Origin: Blastocladiella emersonii ATCC 22665
Lineage: Eukaryota; Fungi; Blastocladiomycota
DNA length: 64,000 nucleotides
NCBI GenBank assembly: GCA_025594325.1
Contig: JANHCV010000002.1
Location: forward strand, 2,232,001-2,296,000
Direction of reading: 5' to 3'
The notes under the pieces were generated by a model. It was given only the letters and a program-made list of their open reading frames with translations. It did no database searches and was not told the origin of the DNA. Below are positions 10,751 to 22,500 of this stretch, in pieces. Positions within the stretch are counted from its first letter, which is position 1. Each line of letters starts with the position of its first letter. The position numbers and the translations under genes were made by a program.

Positions 10751-13007
10751 ATGAAGCGTACCGCGGAGCCTTCGTGCTCCAACTTGATGCAAACGAATGA
10801 ATGTGCTTTTTATCGACTCCCAGCGGAACTCGTCAGCCTAGTGCTCCAGCTTGCGGAACCTTGCGCTGCCATTCCGGTCGCGTTGTATACTCTTGGACCG
10901 TTTGTGCCATTGGGCGGATCCTTGCGCTACCGTTTCGCGACTACTTCCAGCCCGGCGACGACTTGACTCGTCTCGTTCGGGCCAATCTTGCCCCTGACGA
11001 GGCCTCGACTGCTCCCGCGCCGAATCTACAGCCGAGCATCCCGAGCTACGTTCGGGTCCCGACCCCGATCCTCGTCAACCTCGCCCGTTTACTACTTCTC
11101 CGCATTCGCCCCCGCGACGTCAGCAACGACGCCTTGCTCTGCTACTTGAACGCGCCTTACAAGGAGCGGGATATCACCATTTTCAAGGAGCCCTTTATGA
11201 CACCAGTGCGGCTCATCATCGCAACCGTTGTGCGCGACTGGGCCGATGCGCTACAGCAAATTCTCGAAATTGTTCTGGCCGAATCGCGCGAGCTTCTTGA
11301 CCTACAGCTGGAAGTCGAAGAATGGACTTACCTCCTCTCCAATATTTATACGGAGGACACCCCCGCCGAATATTTTGACATCCCCACGATCCCGCTCGGA
11401 TTCAGCACTGCCCTTGCCTTCCTCGCTGTGCTGTCCTGGAAATACTCGCCCTTCCGCTTGCTTTTGGAGGAGCCTCGTTATGCGGTCGACGAGTCGAAGA
11501 TCGTGGCACTGCTATGCACGGAGGGACCGGCCGAATACGTCCTTCGGTCAGCATGGCCCACCGAGGAGCTTTACTCTTGGATTCTCTTGCAAAGCTCGCA
11601 CATGTCAACGGATATCCTCGACTTGTACTTGCACACCGCTGTCTACGTCGGATCCTATCTTTTCCTTCCGCTTCTCGCCAAGTTTCCGGACCTGGTTGCT
11701 TCCTCGCTCGCCATTAACCCGCGACTCGAGGACACCCAGCTCGTCTGTCGGATTCCTGACGATGGTGGCCTGGACGAGTCCGAGGCGTCTCAGCTCGGCA
11801 GATTCATTGCTGAGTGGGTCGATCACGGCATTTCCATCGAGCAGCTCGAGACTCTCAACAAGCACGGCCTCGTTGCGCAGCACTGTTGGGGCTCCATAAT
11901 CGGCGCAATGCTCGTCCGCGGAGAGCTGGAATATGTTGCACGGGTTCGCGAGCGGTACAACCTTGTCGAGTGGCAGGGTCTCCTACTCAACGGTTCGGTT
12001 CAGCAGCATGTACCCGCAAAATTACAACTGACATGGCTCCTACGCATCTAGCCTACTGGAAAGGTCGCTTCGACGCCCGCGACTACAAAGCTGCCGCCCC
12101 TGCTTTACTCCGATACGCACTTGTTCCAGACCCATCCAACGACGACAGCCATCACCTGAGCCTGTACGACTTTGCCTACGACTACTGCATGCTCGCTGAC
12201 GACCCCTACGATGGGTGGCAGTCCGTCTTCTTGTTCGAGGACAACGGCAATCTCGTTCTTCCCGTCGAGCTCTTTACTTTCACTCCAGCCGACGAGGACG
12301 AGGAGTGCGGGATCTGGACCGTCGCCGTCGACCTGACAAGCATTCTCGTGTCGGCCGCGTCGCGCCGGGATTCCTGGAAGAAACTCTTGCGCCAAATAGA
12401 AACCTCAGGAACTGCGCACTTGTTCCTCAACAGCGTTCTTCGCTCGCTCCTCCCGCTCGCATGCGTCGAGCGTCGCGGTCCGCGTCCGCTTCCTGGGTTC
12501 TCTCGCACTAGCGTTCCGCACTACATGTGCTTCGAATGCCCGCTTGCCGAACAAATTTATTGGCGCGGCCTTGTCAAAACGTTGCGGGACATGTGCAAGT
12601 CAGACCAGCGCAGTTTACTTGTTTCCTCGCTGGTCACTTGGGTGTGGCCGCGACTTGGCGAAATCGTGGATGCCAGGAGTGACCTCCCCCACCCTGATAA
12701 TGAATCGGACTGCGACTGCAGCTCGTTGGAATCAGCCAAGTTGTTCGTGCGAATCCTTCTCGCTGGTGATTCAAGACTCGCAATCAGCTCGCTCATGGAC
12801 GCGTTGGATAATGAGACCGTCTCGTTGTCCATCTTCCGTCTCCTTCCCGATGGCGCGCTGGAAACGCTAGTCGACCCGCAGACTCTCCAAGTTTTCATCG
12901 AGGATCTCGTCTCAACGGTTGGCGCAGAGATTGATTTAGGTCAGACCGCCCTTGAGTTTGCGCGAGTTGCACCAACTGCGGCCAACTTGGCCACGTTCGG
13001 TTCGTAA
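10751..13007 (+). pseudogene. F-box-like hypothetical protein split over three frames (or 2-3 adjacent genes)
   Basis: FYRLPAELVSLVLQLA start; three overlapping ORFs (10751-10966, 10801-12051, 11814-13007), each shifted by -1; no introns seen. Confidence 0.5.
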
Positions 13008-13497
13008 AGTTTTCTCCGTTGCGCCCGTCATTTTTGCCTGCATTGCTTGCGAGGCCTCCAGTTTTATGTCTTCTGGATTTTAATTCGATCATTGTTCCTT
13101 CTCCTGTGTATGAGCTGCCCCTGAGTAGCGCTGGGCACTTAATGCCATGGATCTTGAGCTCACCATGATTCAGGTCACATCGAATTCGTTCAGCAATGCC
13201 CCGCCGCGAACGACGTGTCTCAATGGACGCGTTGCGCCACCACGTGATGGGTGTGGCGCACGTTGCGAAGCCGAGCTTCGAGGCCAATGTCAACGTCGAA
13301 CATGCTGTGCAAAGCAATGGATGGCTGCTGACTGACTCCGCAGCGGTCTTCACTCGTGGTGGCCCGGCTCGTGCGAGGACTCGACGCGCCACTTTCTCTC
13401 AGGTCTGTAACGATCACGATCCTGACGCTCCCGGTCACAGTTGACGGCATAGTGGCAGTTAAGCGATGTAATACATAGATATAGCGGAGAACAATAG

Positions 13498-14256
13498 CTA
13501 CGCGTCCTCGTCCGTGTCGAGGAGAGGGGCGCTCGAAGCGGCCGGCGCGAGCGGAGCATCCTCCTCAAGCGTGTTCTTCGCGACATCCCGCTCCGCGCTC
13601 GGCAGCCTCGCGTACCCGCCTCGTACCGCGCCCGGCACCACTTCCACGGCTCCTGCTGCTGTTATCAACGGCATCTCTCTCCTCGACGCGTGCCCCGCGG
13701 CCATGAGCTGCCGCCACTCGCGCTGCTCAATGGCCGCGATCTGACGCGCTCGCCACAGTGGCAAGAAGATCCCGAAGCACACCATGAGGAGCAGTCCCGT
13801 CACGCCCATGCTCAGCGCGAGCGCGGCAATCGCGGGGACCGACGGGAACGTGGTGAAGTGGGGTGCACGCATCGCGGGCGAGTGGTTGAACGCTGGGCGC
13901 GGGTGCAACGGTGCGACGTGCGGTAATGGTGGCGGTGGTGGTGGTGACGATAGGTTCTTGGCCCGACGGCGGTGCGGTTCGCGGACAGCGAGTGCGGGCG
14001 CGCGAGTCGGTGATGGCAGCGCAGCATTCCGCTGCTTCGAGACGCGTTGCTGGTTCGGAACGTGTGGAGCAGCGGTGAGAGCCGTGATCGCCGCGTCACT
14101 CACACGTTCTTGTGGAAGTGGAATCGCGTTGACGGCCGCGGCCAGGGTTACGGCGAGCGCCGCAGCGACCACCACGGCTTTTCGAGCGCCGAGTGCCGAT
14201 CTTACGCGTTTTCCACGCGTTTTGGCCCGCCTCATGTGCATTGTGCAAGAGTTCAT
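13498..14256 (-). CDS. Putative single-pass membrane protein
   Basis: Signal-like AVVVAAALAVTLAAAVNA, Pro-rich region, TM IAALALSMGVTGLLLMVCFGIFLPLW; start codon uncertain. Confidence 0.55.
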   Translation of the reverse strand: MNSCTMHMRRAKTRGKRVRSALGARKAVVVAAALAVTLAAAVNAIPLPQERVSDAAITALTAAPHVPNQQRVSKQRNAALPSPTRAPALAVREPHRRRAKNLSSPPPPPPLPHVAPLHPRPAFNHSPAMRAPHFTTFPSVPAIAALALSMGVTGLLLMVCFGIFLPLWRARQIAAIEQREWRQLMAAGHASRREMPLITAAGAVEVVPGAVRGGYARLPSAERDVAKNTLEEDAPLAPAASSAPLLDTDEDA

Positions 14257-14422
14257 TGTAGTGTGGTGCGTTGGGAGAGCGCGGACCTCGCGCGCGAACA
14301 CACCTGTCCTTGAACGTTGCCAAGACCCCCGCACCCCCCGTTTTAGCAAGACGAGCAACACGTTTCATATCAGATCAGATCTTCCGCACTCCCGCACGTC
14401 GCAGTGACACATCGCCTCCTCT

Positions 14423-17400
14423 CTAACCCAGCAAGCTGCGCATGTACACGGGCTTGCGCACCGCGTTCGAGTACCCCTCGTGGAACTTGTACCGGACGGC
14501 AGCGACGCGGAGCTCCGGGTGTCCGCTGACGCGGGCGTTGGCGCGCTCGAGCTGCGTCGCCGTGGGCTCGGGCCGCACGATCGGCCGCCCAAAGAAGTCG
14601 CGCTCGACCTTGCCGTCCTGGCCCGCGAGGATCGCCGCCGCGACGCTGGACTGCGCCTTCTCGCGGACCGTCCCGACCGCGTCGTCGGCGATCTGCTGCT
14701 GCCCGGCGCCCGCGCGGATCGCGCTCGTCTCGAGCTGCGTCGCGATCAGCTGCCGCACGGGGAAGCTCGCGGGCAGGAGCGACTTGATCTTGCCGTTTGC
14801 CATGGCAAGGCCGCAGATGACCTGGATCGGGCTACACGAATGAGAGGGGAAGTCAGCGCGCGCAGTGAGAGAACGCGACGCACGCGCGATCACGTACGGC
14901 TCGAGGCGGAACGTCTGGACCCCGTCGACCGAGTCATGCACGAGCCGGACGTTGAGCCCGTGCAGCGCGCCGACGAGCGCGTCGAATTTGGCGCGCTCGG
15001 CCGCGGGCATGAGCAGCAGGTTGGCGTGGCGCAGGCCGGGCGGCGACAGGATCCGCGCGAGCGGGCCCGCCACGAGGTCCGTGACGAGCGTGCCGGCCGA
15101 GAGCGTCGTGAGCGTGTACCCCTTGCGCGGGTTGGCGTTGCGGGCGAGCGAGTGGAGGATCTGGCGGTGGTCGCGCTGGCGGACAAAGGCGTCGTAGTCC
15201 TGCTTCGGGTACTCGATGCGGCCCGCGGCGCCGCCCGCGTTGCCCGTGAGCCCCGTGCGGAACTGCAGGTGCAGCGCGGCGAGGGTCCACGGCACGTACT
15301 GGTGGATGGCGCCGGCGTTCCCGCTGGTGCGGAACCCGAGCGAGTGCAGCGTGTCAAAGTCGACGAGCGCGTCGAGCGCCTCGCCGTACCGCGCAAAGTC
15401 GTGCGACCGCGCCTGCACCAGGTACTCGTGCAGCCCGACCGCGATCTTGTCCCAGTCGCCGTGCCCGTCAATCGCGTGCGCGAGCCCGGCAATCGACGAT
15501 ATGGAGCCCGGCACGGCGACCGCCGTCTTGGACTTGGCGAACACCTTGGCCGCGAGCTCCTGCGCCGCGGCCGCCGAGAACATGGCGTCCCACAGACTCG
15601 GCAGCGACCGCGACGTGTCCTTGGTCCCGAGCTGGCTGTTCTCGAGCGTCGCCTTGGTGATGATCACGGGTACGCGCTTGGCGCTGCTGCCGCCGGCCGC
15701 GCGCCGATCGCGCACGGCGCTGCGGTGCGCAAACTGCAGCGCGTGGAGGCACGCGCGGATATCGCCCTCGGCGCGGTCGGCGAGCCAGTGCAGCGTCTGG
15801 ATCGACGCGCGGATCCCCTCGCGCTGGCAGATGTGCGTGAGCCGGCGCACCAGGACCGCGTGGGTATCTGGCTTCCACACCTGCACGATGCGCGCGATCT
15901 GGCGCAGTGGCCGCAGCGCCGGCGCGTACAGGTCGTTGCAGATGCAGATGATCGGGCGACGCAGCTGCGAGCCGTCCTGCTCCTTGTTGTTGCGGCGCTG
16001 CGCTACTGGCGCGCCGTCCACGTCCATATCCGTGATGCCCGGCCGCGGCTTGGGCTTGCCGCCGCGGTGCCGCGTCGCCGACTCGGCCATCTGGACGAGC
16101 TGCTTGATGAGCCCGTTGGCGTCGTTTCCGCCCGCGCCGCCGCCGCCGCCGCCTCCCGTGGCGCCGTCAATCTCGTCGAGGACCACGAGCCGCGGCCGCT
16201 TGCTGACCTTGCCGTTGACAATGGTGGTGCCGCCCATGGCGTTCTCGATGCGGTCCTGGACCGACCGCGCGGTGCGGTCGTCGGACGCGTTGATCTCGGT
16301 GACGTCGTACCCGGCCTGGCGCGCAATGATATGAACGAGGGTCGACTTGCCCAGGCCCGGCGGGCCCGCGAGCAGGAGCACCTTCTTGGCAGGGCGGTGC
16401 ATCGGGTCGCCGGGCGTGAGCTCGACGAGCGTCGACGACGGCTGGTACACGGGGGTGCCGTCGTCGTGCAGGTCCGTCTCGTCGCCGATCCCGTCGCTGA
16501 TCCCGAACCGCGACGTCTCTTTCGCGACCTGCTGCGCCGGAGGCTTCTTGCCGAACACGCACGGGTCCCACGCGCGCACCCACGCGAGCACCGCCCGCGC
16601 CACGGCCTCGTCGCCGATCAGGTCGAGGTACGTCCGCGGACGGTACCGGTCGACCCACAGGTCCTGCTCGGGCCGCGCGAGCGGGAGACGCAGCGGGTCG
16701 TGGCGCAGCGCGTCGTCGTCGGCGTCGGGCATCGACTCGCATATCTCGCGGATGATCTCGCCCACGTCCTCCTGCAGCAGCGCGCCGGCCGCCCCGCGCT
16801 GCGTCTCGTCGGCCAGCCGGTGCGGCTCGCGGCGCGGAAAGAAGAGTTCGGTCCCGTCGGCGGTCGTGGCGCGGGCGTATCTGCGCGCGGTCGGCTCGGC
16901 GCGGAACCCGTTGGCGCGCTGGGCCTGCGACGCGGGAGGTGCGCCGTAGAGCGGAGGGCGCGGGGGCGGCAGCTGCGACAGCGGGTCGAGCTCCATGTTG
17001 CCAAGCGACAGCCGGATCGAGTCCTCGGGGCCGAACGAGTCAAAGTCGAGCGCCATGGACTGGCCGACATCCCCAAAAGGTCCGCTGCGTGCGCCGGCCG
17101 CCTGCGTGTCGCGCGGGAGCGTGAACTGGTTTGCTGGGGGTTGCTGCTGCTGGGCCTCCATCATCATGGACTCGCGGATCATCTCCTCCTCGAACGCGAG
17201 CCGCGCCTCGAGCTCGGCGTCGGCGTCGGCGTCGATCCCGTCGTCCATGTCAAAGTCGAGGTCGTCGTCGGTGAGCGGGAACCCGCCGAACGCTGTACGC
17301 GAGGCTGGTGCCGGCGGGAGGGACGGCGGGGCGAGGGTGGGCGGCTTGGGCGCGGCAGCACCTGGAGCGGCGAAGGTACGCGGTTGCCACGACGGGCCGA

Positions 17401-17869
17401 GGTCGGCCGCGGAGACCCGCGAACCGGCCGCCGCGAGCTGCGGGCGCGGGATGGACACGATGGGCTGGCTGCCCGGGAACCCCGTGCCGTCATCGTCGTC
17501 GGACTCGGACTCGTCGTCGGAGATGAGCGCGAACCGCTTCCGCGCGGCCTCGTTGCGCGGCCGGATCGACTGCGACCGCGCATCCTGGTCGGCGATCCGC
17601 GCGGCCGCGTCGCCGTCGAGGGCGGGTGCTGCGGGACCGTTGTCGTCGTCGGCGCTGAGACCGAGGTCGACGCAGGTGCGTTTGGACGGCTCCGCGAAGC
17701 CCGAGAGACCGCTGGGCAGCTCGAACGACGACAGCCGGGTCAGCCCGCCGTCGGTGCCGTCGCGGTCCCCGTCGCCGTCGAGCGCCGACGACGCGGTGCG
17801 CTTGGCCCCCGCGGGCGCGCCGAGTGCACCGACTGCTGGCGGCCGTGCATTCGATTCATTGGACGACAT
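14423..17869 (-). CDS. CTF18: Chromosome transmission fidelity protein 18 (RFC-like clamp loader); probable in-frame 66-nt intron 14897..14832
   Basis: LWVDRYRPRTYLDLIGD, LLLAGPPGLGKSTL, EINASDDRT, LDEIDG, RPIICICNDLYAPALRPLR, C-terminal RDFFGR...YKFHEGYSNAVRKP. Confidence 0.95.
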   Translation of the reverse strand: MSSNESNARPPAVGALGAPAGAKRTASSALDGDGDRDGTDGGLTRLSSFELPSGLSGFAEPSKRTCVDLGLSADDDNGPAAPALDGDAAARIADQDARSQSIRPRNEAARKRFALISDDESESDDDDGTGFPGSQPIVSIPRPQLAAAGSRVSAADLGPSWQPRTFAAPGAAAPKPPTLAPPSLPPAPASRTAFGGFPLTDDDLDFDMDDGIDADADAELEARLAFEEEMIRESMMMEAQQQQPPANQFTLPRDTQAAGARSGPFGDVGQSMALDFDSFGPEDSIRLSLGNMELDPLSQLPPPRPPLYGAPPASQAQRANGFRAEPTARRYARATTADGTELFFPRREPHRLADETQRGAAGALLQEDVGEIIREICESMPDADDDALRHDPLRLPLARPEQDLWVDRYRPRTYLDLIGDEAVARAVLAWVRAWDPCVFGKKPPAQQVAKETSRFGISDGIGDETDLHDDGTPVYQPSSTLVELTPGDPMHRPAKKVLLLAGPPGLGKSTLVHIIARQAGYDVTEINASDDRTARSVQDRIENAMGGTTIVNGKVSKRPRLVVLDEIDGATGGGGGGGAGGNDANGLIKQLVQMAESATRHRGGKPKPRPGITDMDVDGAPVAQRRNNKEQDGSQLRRPIICICNDLYAPALRPLRQIARIVQVWKPDTHAVLVRRLTHICQREGIRASIQTLHWLADRAEGDIRACLHALQFAHRSAVRDRRAAGGSSAKRVPVIITKATLENSQLGTKDTSRSLPSLWDAMFSAAAAQELAAKVFAKSKTAVAVPGSISSIAGLAHAIDGHGDWDKIAVGLHEYLVQARSHDFARYGEALDALVDFDTLHSLGFRTSGNAGAIHQYVPWTLAALHLQFRTGLTGNAGGAAGRIEYPKQDYDAFVRQRDHRQILHSLARNANPRKGYTLTTLSAGTLVTDLVAGPLARILSPPGLRHANLLLMPAAERAKFDALVGALHGLNVRLVHDSVDGVQTFRLEPYVIARASRSLTARADFPSHSCSPIQVICGLAMANGKIKSLLPASFPVRQLIATQLETSAIRAGAGQQQIADDAVGTVREKAQSSVAAAILAGQDGKVERDFFGRPIVRPEPTATQLERANARVSGHPELRVAAVRYKFHEGYSNAVRKPVYMRSLLG

Positions 17870-18025
17870 GGCGAGTGCGCTGTGGTGAGGGTCGACGACG
17901 TCCGCGCGCGCGCCGTTCACTCACCGCCGCTGTGAGACCTGCCGTGAGACCGCCGCCGCGACGCTGACGACGACGTTTCCTCGCACACTGCCCATCATCT
18001 CCCGACTTCCTGCAACGTATCAACG
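17870..18025. promoter_or_regulatory. Short bidirectional promoter between CTF18 and THOC3
   Basis: 156 bp between divergent start codons; two GTGAGAC motifs at about 17932 and 17944. Confidence 0.55.
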
Positions 18026-19473
18026 ATGCTTCACCTCGGCCCTCCGCCGCAGTACCTGGAGCGGTCGATCTCCGACAACCTGAAGGTGCTGCGCGGCGCG
18101 AGCTGGCCGGCGACGGCGAGCGGGCTGACGAGCCGCGAGATGCACGTCGCCGAGTGGTCGCCCGACGGCCGGTTCCTCGCCACGGGCGGCGAGGAGCAGA
18201 AGATCCGCGTGTGGCACGCCGACTCGATCAAGTCCGGCACCAGCGCCGTCAAGTGCGACGAGTTCGAGTTCCCGGCGCCGCTTCCCTCGTCGGCCACAGT
18301 GCGCGCGATCGCGTGGCCCACCTTCGGTCCCGCGGGCGAGGCGAGCGGCGGCGGCAGCAGCAGCCGCGCCACCAGCGACACGGCCCGCCCGCGCGCGAGC
18401 GCCGCTGTCGTCCACGCCGAGCTCGCCAAGCACCAGCCGGCGCCCGCTGCGCCCGCCCCCGCGGCCTCCTCGTCGTCGCGGTCGCGCGGGTACGACCGCG
18501 GGTCGCGCTCGGCGAGTTCCAGCTCGCTGCCGACCCGCGCGCCCGCGTCGACGGTCTCGAGCATCACGCCCAACGCCGCGTGCGACGCCGACGGGTTTGT
18601 GACGGGCACGTCGACGGGCGCGATCCACTTCTGGGACCTGCGCACGACGCGCGGCGTCGCGGGGAACGCGCAGCTCGACCACACGCCGTTCGCGCTGGCG
18701 CTGGTCCCGCGGACGCCCGGGGAGGCGGGTGCGCCGACGCCCGCGTCGCAGCTGCTCCTCGCCGCGTGCACCGACCACTCGCTGCGCACGTTCGACCCGC
18801 GGAACCTCGCTGAGCCGCTCGCCGTGCGCCGGTGCCACGACCGGCTCAACGCCGTGGTTGTTGACGCGCACTCGACTGTGCCGCGCGTGTTTCTCGGTCT
18901 CGAGGACGGCACCCTCGAGGCCGTCACGCCGTATGACCTCGACACGGTCGTGCAGAGCACGCAGGCGCACGTCGGCCCGTGCACTGCGATCGCGCTGGAC
19001 CCGATGCGCCGGTACGTCGCGACGGGCGGGCGCGACTCGATTGTCGGGCTGCACGCGTGGGACACGCTCGACCCGGTGCGCATGTGCAAGTTTGACGAAG
19101 AGTAAGTGAGCTTGCATCAGTACCATCCGACGCTCAGCCGACTGACCTTGGGCCGTGTATGTAGCCTGCCGATCTACGACCTGTCGTTCAACCACGACGG
19201 CGACTTTTTGACCGGGTCCACCGACTCGACGTCGTTGACCACGGTACTTCACCATCTCGCCTCTCCATCCGCGACCCAGCCACTAACCCCTGTCAACCGT
19301 AGTGGTCCGTCGAATTCGGCCTCCCCGCGAGCGTCACGCACACGTCCGCTGGGATGGCGTCGAGCATCGACCGCGTGCGGTGGCACCCGACCCGCACGCT
19401 CCTGGCCGCGGTCCCGCGCGCGCCGCGCCCGCGCACGGGCAAGATCTTCATGTACACGGTGCCCCAGCCGTAG
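18026..19473 (+). CDS. THOC3: THO complex subunit 3 / TEX1 (WD40), introns 19102-19164 and 19244-19302
   Basis: EWSPDGRFLATGG, AHVGPCTAIALDPMRRYVATGGRDSIVGL, spliced LPIYDLSFNHDG and RWHPTRTLLA resemble THOC3 motifs; the introns restore the frame to TAG 19471-19473. Confidence 0.8.
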
Positions 19474-19505
19474 AGATTCAAAACTACTCTATTTTGTTCG
19501 TAGTG

Positions 19506-22500
19506 TCACACTGCAGCGGACCCATCCGACCGGTTCAGCGTTGCGGACGCGAGGATCCGCTGGCTCCCCGTCCGTTCCCTTGGCTCGCTGCCGCTGCTGC
19601 TGGGTTTGGTGTCGGGGTCGGCCATGGATAGTTGGGCGGGCGCCTTGGTCATGGCGGACACCGCCGTCGCGAGGTACGTGGTGAGCGGCGTGCGCGAGTC
19701 GGACGACGAGGTGCTCTGGGCGATGGGCGGGAGGCCCGGCGGTGTCGGCGCCCCCTCGTCCGTCTCGGTGAGCGGAGAGACCACGGCCGCCGTCGCGAGG
19801 ACGGGTGGCGGCGGGAACGTGAGTGGTGGTGGTGCGCGGTCGGCGCGCCGCAGCATGTCGTACCGGCGCAGCGCCGTCTCGTAGAAGAGCGCGAGCGCGG
19901 CAGCGATGATGAGCGTCGACAGGAGCACGCTGAGCGCAGCGACCATCCCCGCGAGGTTGTCCGTGACTGTGAGCACGCCGAGCTCGGCTGCGAGCCCGAC
20001 GGCAATCCACGCGAGGACGGGCAGCTGCACGCGCGCCTGGAGCCGCAGCGTCGTGGTGGCGAGGAGCGTGGACGTGACCTGGTGGAAGGTCGCCTCGAGG
20101 AGCGAAAAGTCGTCCGAGACGAGCCGCAGGAACGTGTCCATGCCGATGACGAGCGCACACGACAGGCCAATGTACACGACGACAAACCGCTCGAGCTGCT
20201 TGCCCTCGGCGACGCTCGGCGTCGCGGACCGCCTTGCGCACGCGAGGTACGCCACGGCGATCGCGTTGGGCAGCACGTTCGGCACGTACAGGACCCACCA
20301 CGACGATGGCAGGTCCCACCGCGTCAGCGCGCCGGACCCGAACCGGTTATACGTCGCGAGCCCGATCAGGATCGAGACGCCCAGCATCACGATGTTGGTG
20401 GCCACGGTCAGCACCAGCTGGACCCTCAGCTTGCGATAGTAGTAGATCTGGAACGCGGCCTCGTCGTCGGCCGACGGGAACGTGTACAGCAGCTCGCGCG
20501 CGATCCGCCGCACCGGCCGCATCCGCTGCTGCCACCACGCCGCGAGGTACCCGCGCACCCCGCCGCCGTGGTCGTCGTAGTACGCGGGCCCGGCGCCGTT
20601 CGCGATGCTGTGCACGTAGCTCGACGCCCGCGCGAGCGTCACGAACCCGACGCCCATGGGCAGCTGCATCGACATCGGCGGCAAGAGCGCGGCGCCGGCC
20701 CTGCTGCCAGGGCTGCTCGGCATCGCGTCGGCGTTGCCCGCGAGCGGGCGCGGGAGCGACGCCGTCGACCGCGACGACAGCGACTCCATGCGCGGCCGCA
20801 TCGGGGAGCCGCGGTACACGGTCGGGCTGCCCGGCGTGCTCCTGCCGCCCGCGCTCGGCAGGCGAAACCGGAACGGCGGTGCAGGCGGTACGACGGCCGA
20901 GCTCGGCGGCGACGCGCCGTCGGCCTCGACGAGTGCGAGCAGGCCCATGGGTCGCGCCTCGCCGCCACCGCTGAGCGCCGGGTCGACGATGATGGACGGC
21001 GGGTTCGAGTCCATGGCGCGCGGGCTGTCGGTGCCGCGCTTTCCCGAGAAGAGGCGCGAGCGCATCGTGCCCGGCGTCCCCGTTGGCGTCGAAGTCGAGG
21101 GGCGCATGGCGGCGAGCGAGTCGAGAAACGACGGCGGCGAGGGCAGCCCGGACGCCGAAATGGTCGCGAGTCCCGCGCCGCCCGCGGGCGCCGAGGCCAT
21201 GGTCCCGTGCGAGCTCAGCGGCGCTGAAGCCGGCTGATCAATCATCGGCCGCGACGACGCGACCTGGTCGCCGCTGCCGTACGGCGAGTTGAGCCGCGGC
21301 AGCGTCGAGAGCTCGACGAGATCGAACTTGCTGATGATGGCATTGATGCTCTGCATGTGCGACCCGAGCGACGCGCGGTGGTGGCTGCGCGAGCTGCTCT
21401 CGTACTGTGCCGACAGCCGCGCCGCGGTCAGCGCCGCCGCGGCATGAACCTGCGCGGAACCCGTCATGCTGCGCTTGCCGATGTGGCCGGTGCTCGTGCT
21501 CGCGCCCGACCGCGTCGAGTCGATGGACAGGCGTTTCCCGCCTGGTGGTCCAGCCCCCGGCGCTGGCGGCGGTCCTGTTCTCCCTGCCCGGACGGCGGGC
21601 AGCCCGGCGCGCCGCCGCTCCTCGTTGATCACGCCGAGTGACAGCGGCCGCCGGGGCGCCTCCTGCGCGACCGTCTTCCACGTCTCGACCAGCGCGCGCG
21701 CCGCGTCCGCGCGCGGCGCGGGGCGGCCGACGTCGAGCGAGCGCCGGCGCAGGACGTTGTTGGACCGGCGGCCGGTCCCCGAGAACCGCGTCGACCCGCT
21801 CGAGTGCGCGTCGTCGGGCGACTCGGAGCTCGTCGTCGTCGCCGTGTCCGCGCCGCTACCGCTACCACCGCCACCGCCCCGTCGGCCTGACCCGGGCGCA
21901 GCCTTGCCGTTCTCGCTGTTCCCGCTCCCCGTCCGCGACCGCGCCATAACGAGCGGCGCGCGGCGCGGTACGGGGCTCGCCGTGAACATGCTGTGGCGGC
22001 GCGCGGGGAGGGGCGAGATCATGCGCGGCGGTTTCCGGCGCGGGGCTTCGTCGCGCACGGGCTGGTCGGTGACCGAGAGCGTTGTGCTGTTGCCGATGTT
22101 GCCGATGTTGCTCGACACGGACGCGTTGGACGGCCGCCGCGACGACGGGCTGGGAGGCCCGCCCGAAGGCGTCCCGTAGCTGAGCGAGACGAGGTCGGCG
22201 GTCACGCCGAGCAAGCTCGAGGACGCCTGCGTGCTGCCGGTTGTGGGCGCCGGCGCACCGGGCGAGCGCGGTGGTGAGGATGGGTGTGGTGCGGCAGCGA
22301 CTAGCGGTAGTGGTGGAGGCGGAGCAGGGAGCGGCTCAGGCACAACGGTCGGCGGCCGCGGGATCCCGGACATGTCGGGCGGCGCGTAGAACCGGCTCTT
22401 CCTGCGCCCGCGGCCGGGCTCATGGGCCGCCTTGGCCTTGGCCTTGGCGAGACGGCGCACGTTGAGCATGAACGAGAGCCGCATGACGACCTCGCGCTGG

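Noticed and set aside
14480-17935. 1151-aa + strand ORF, and similar giant antisense ORFs (26145-29258, 30596-32938, 50633-51673, 58768-60039)
   Set aside because: They are shadows of real genes on the other strand; high GC3 suppresses antisense stops and they carry no motifs.
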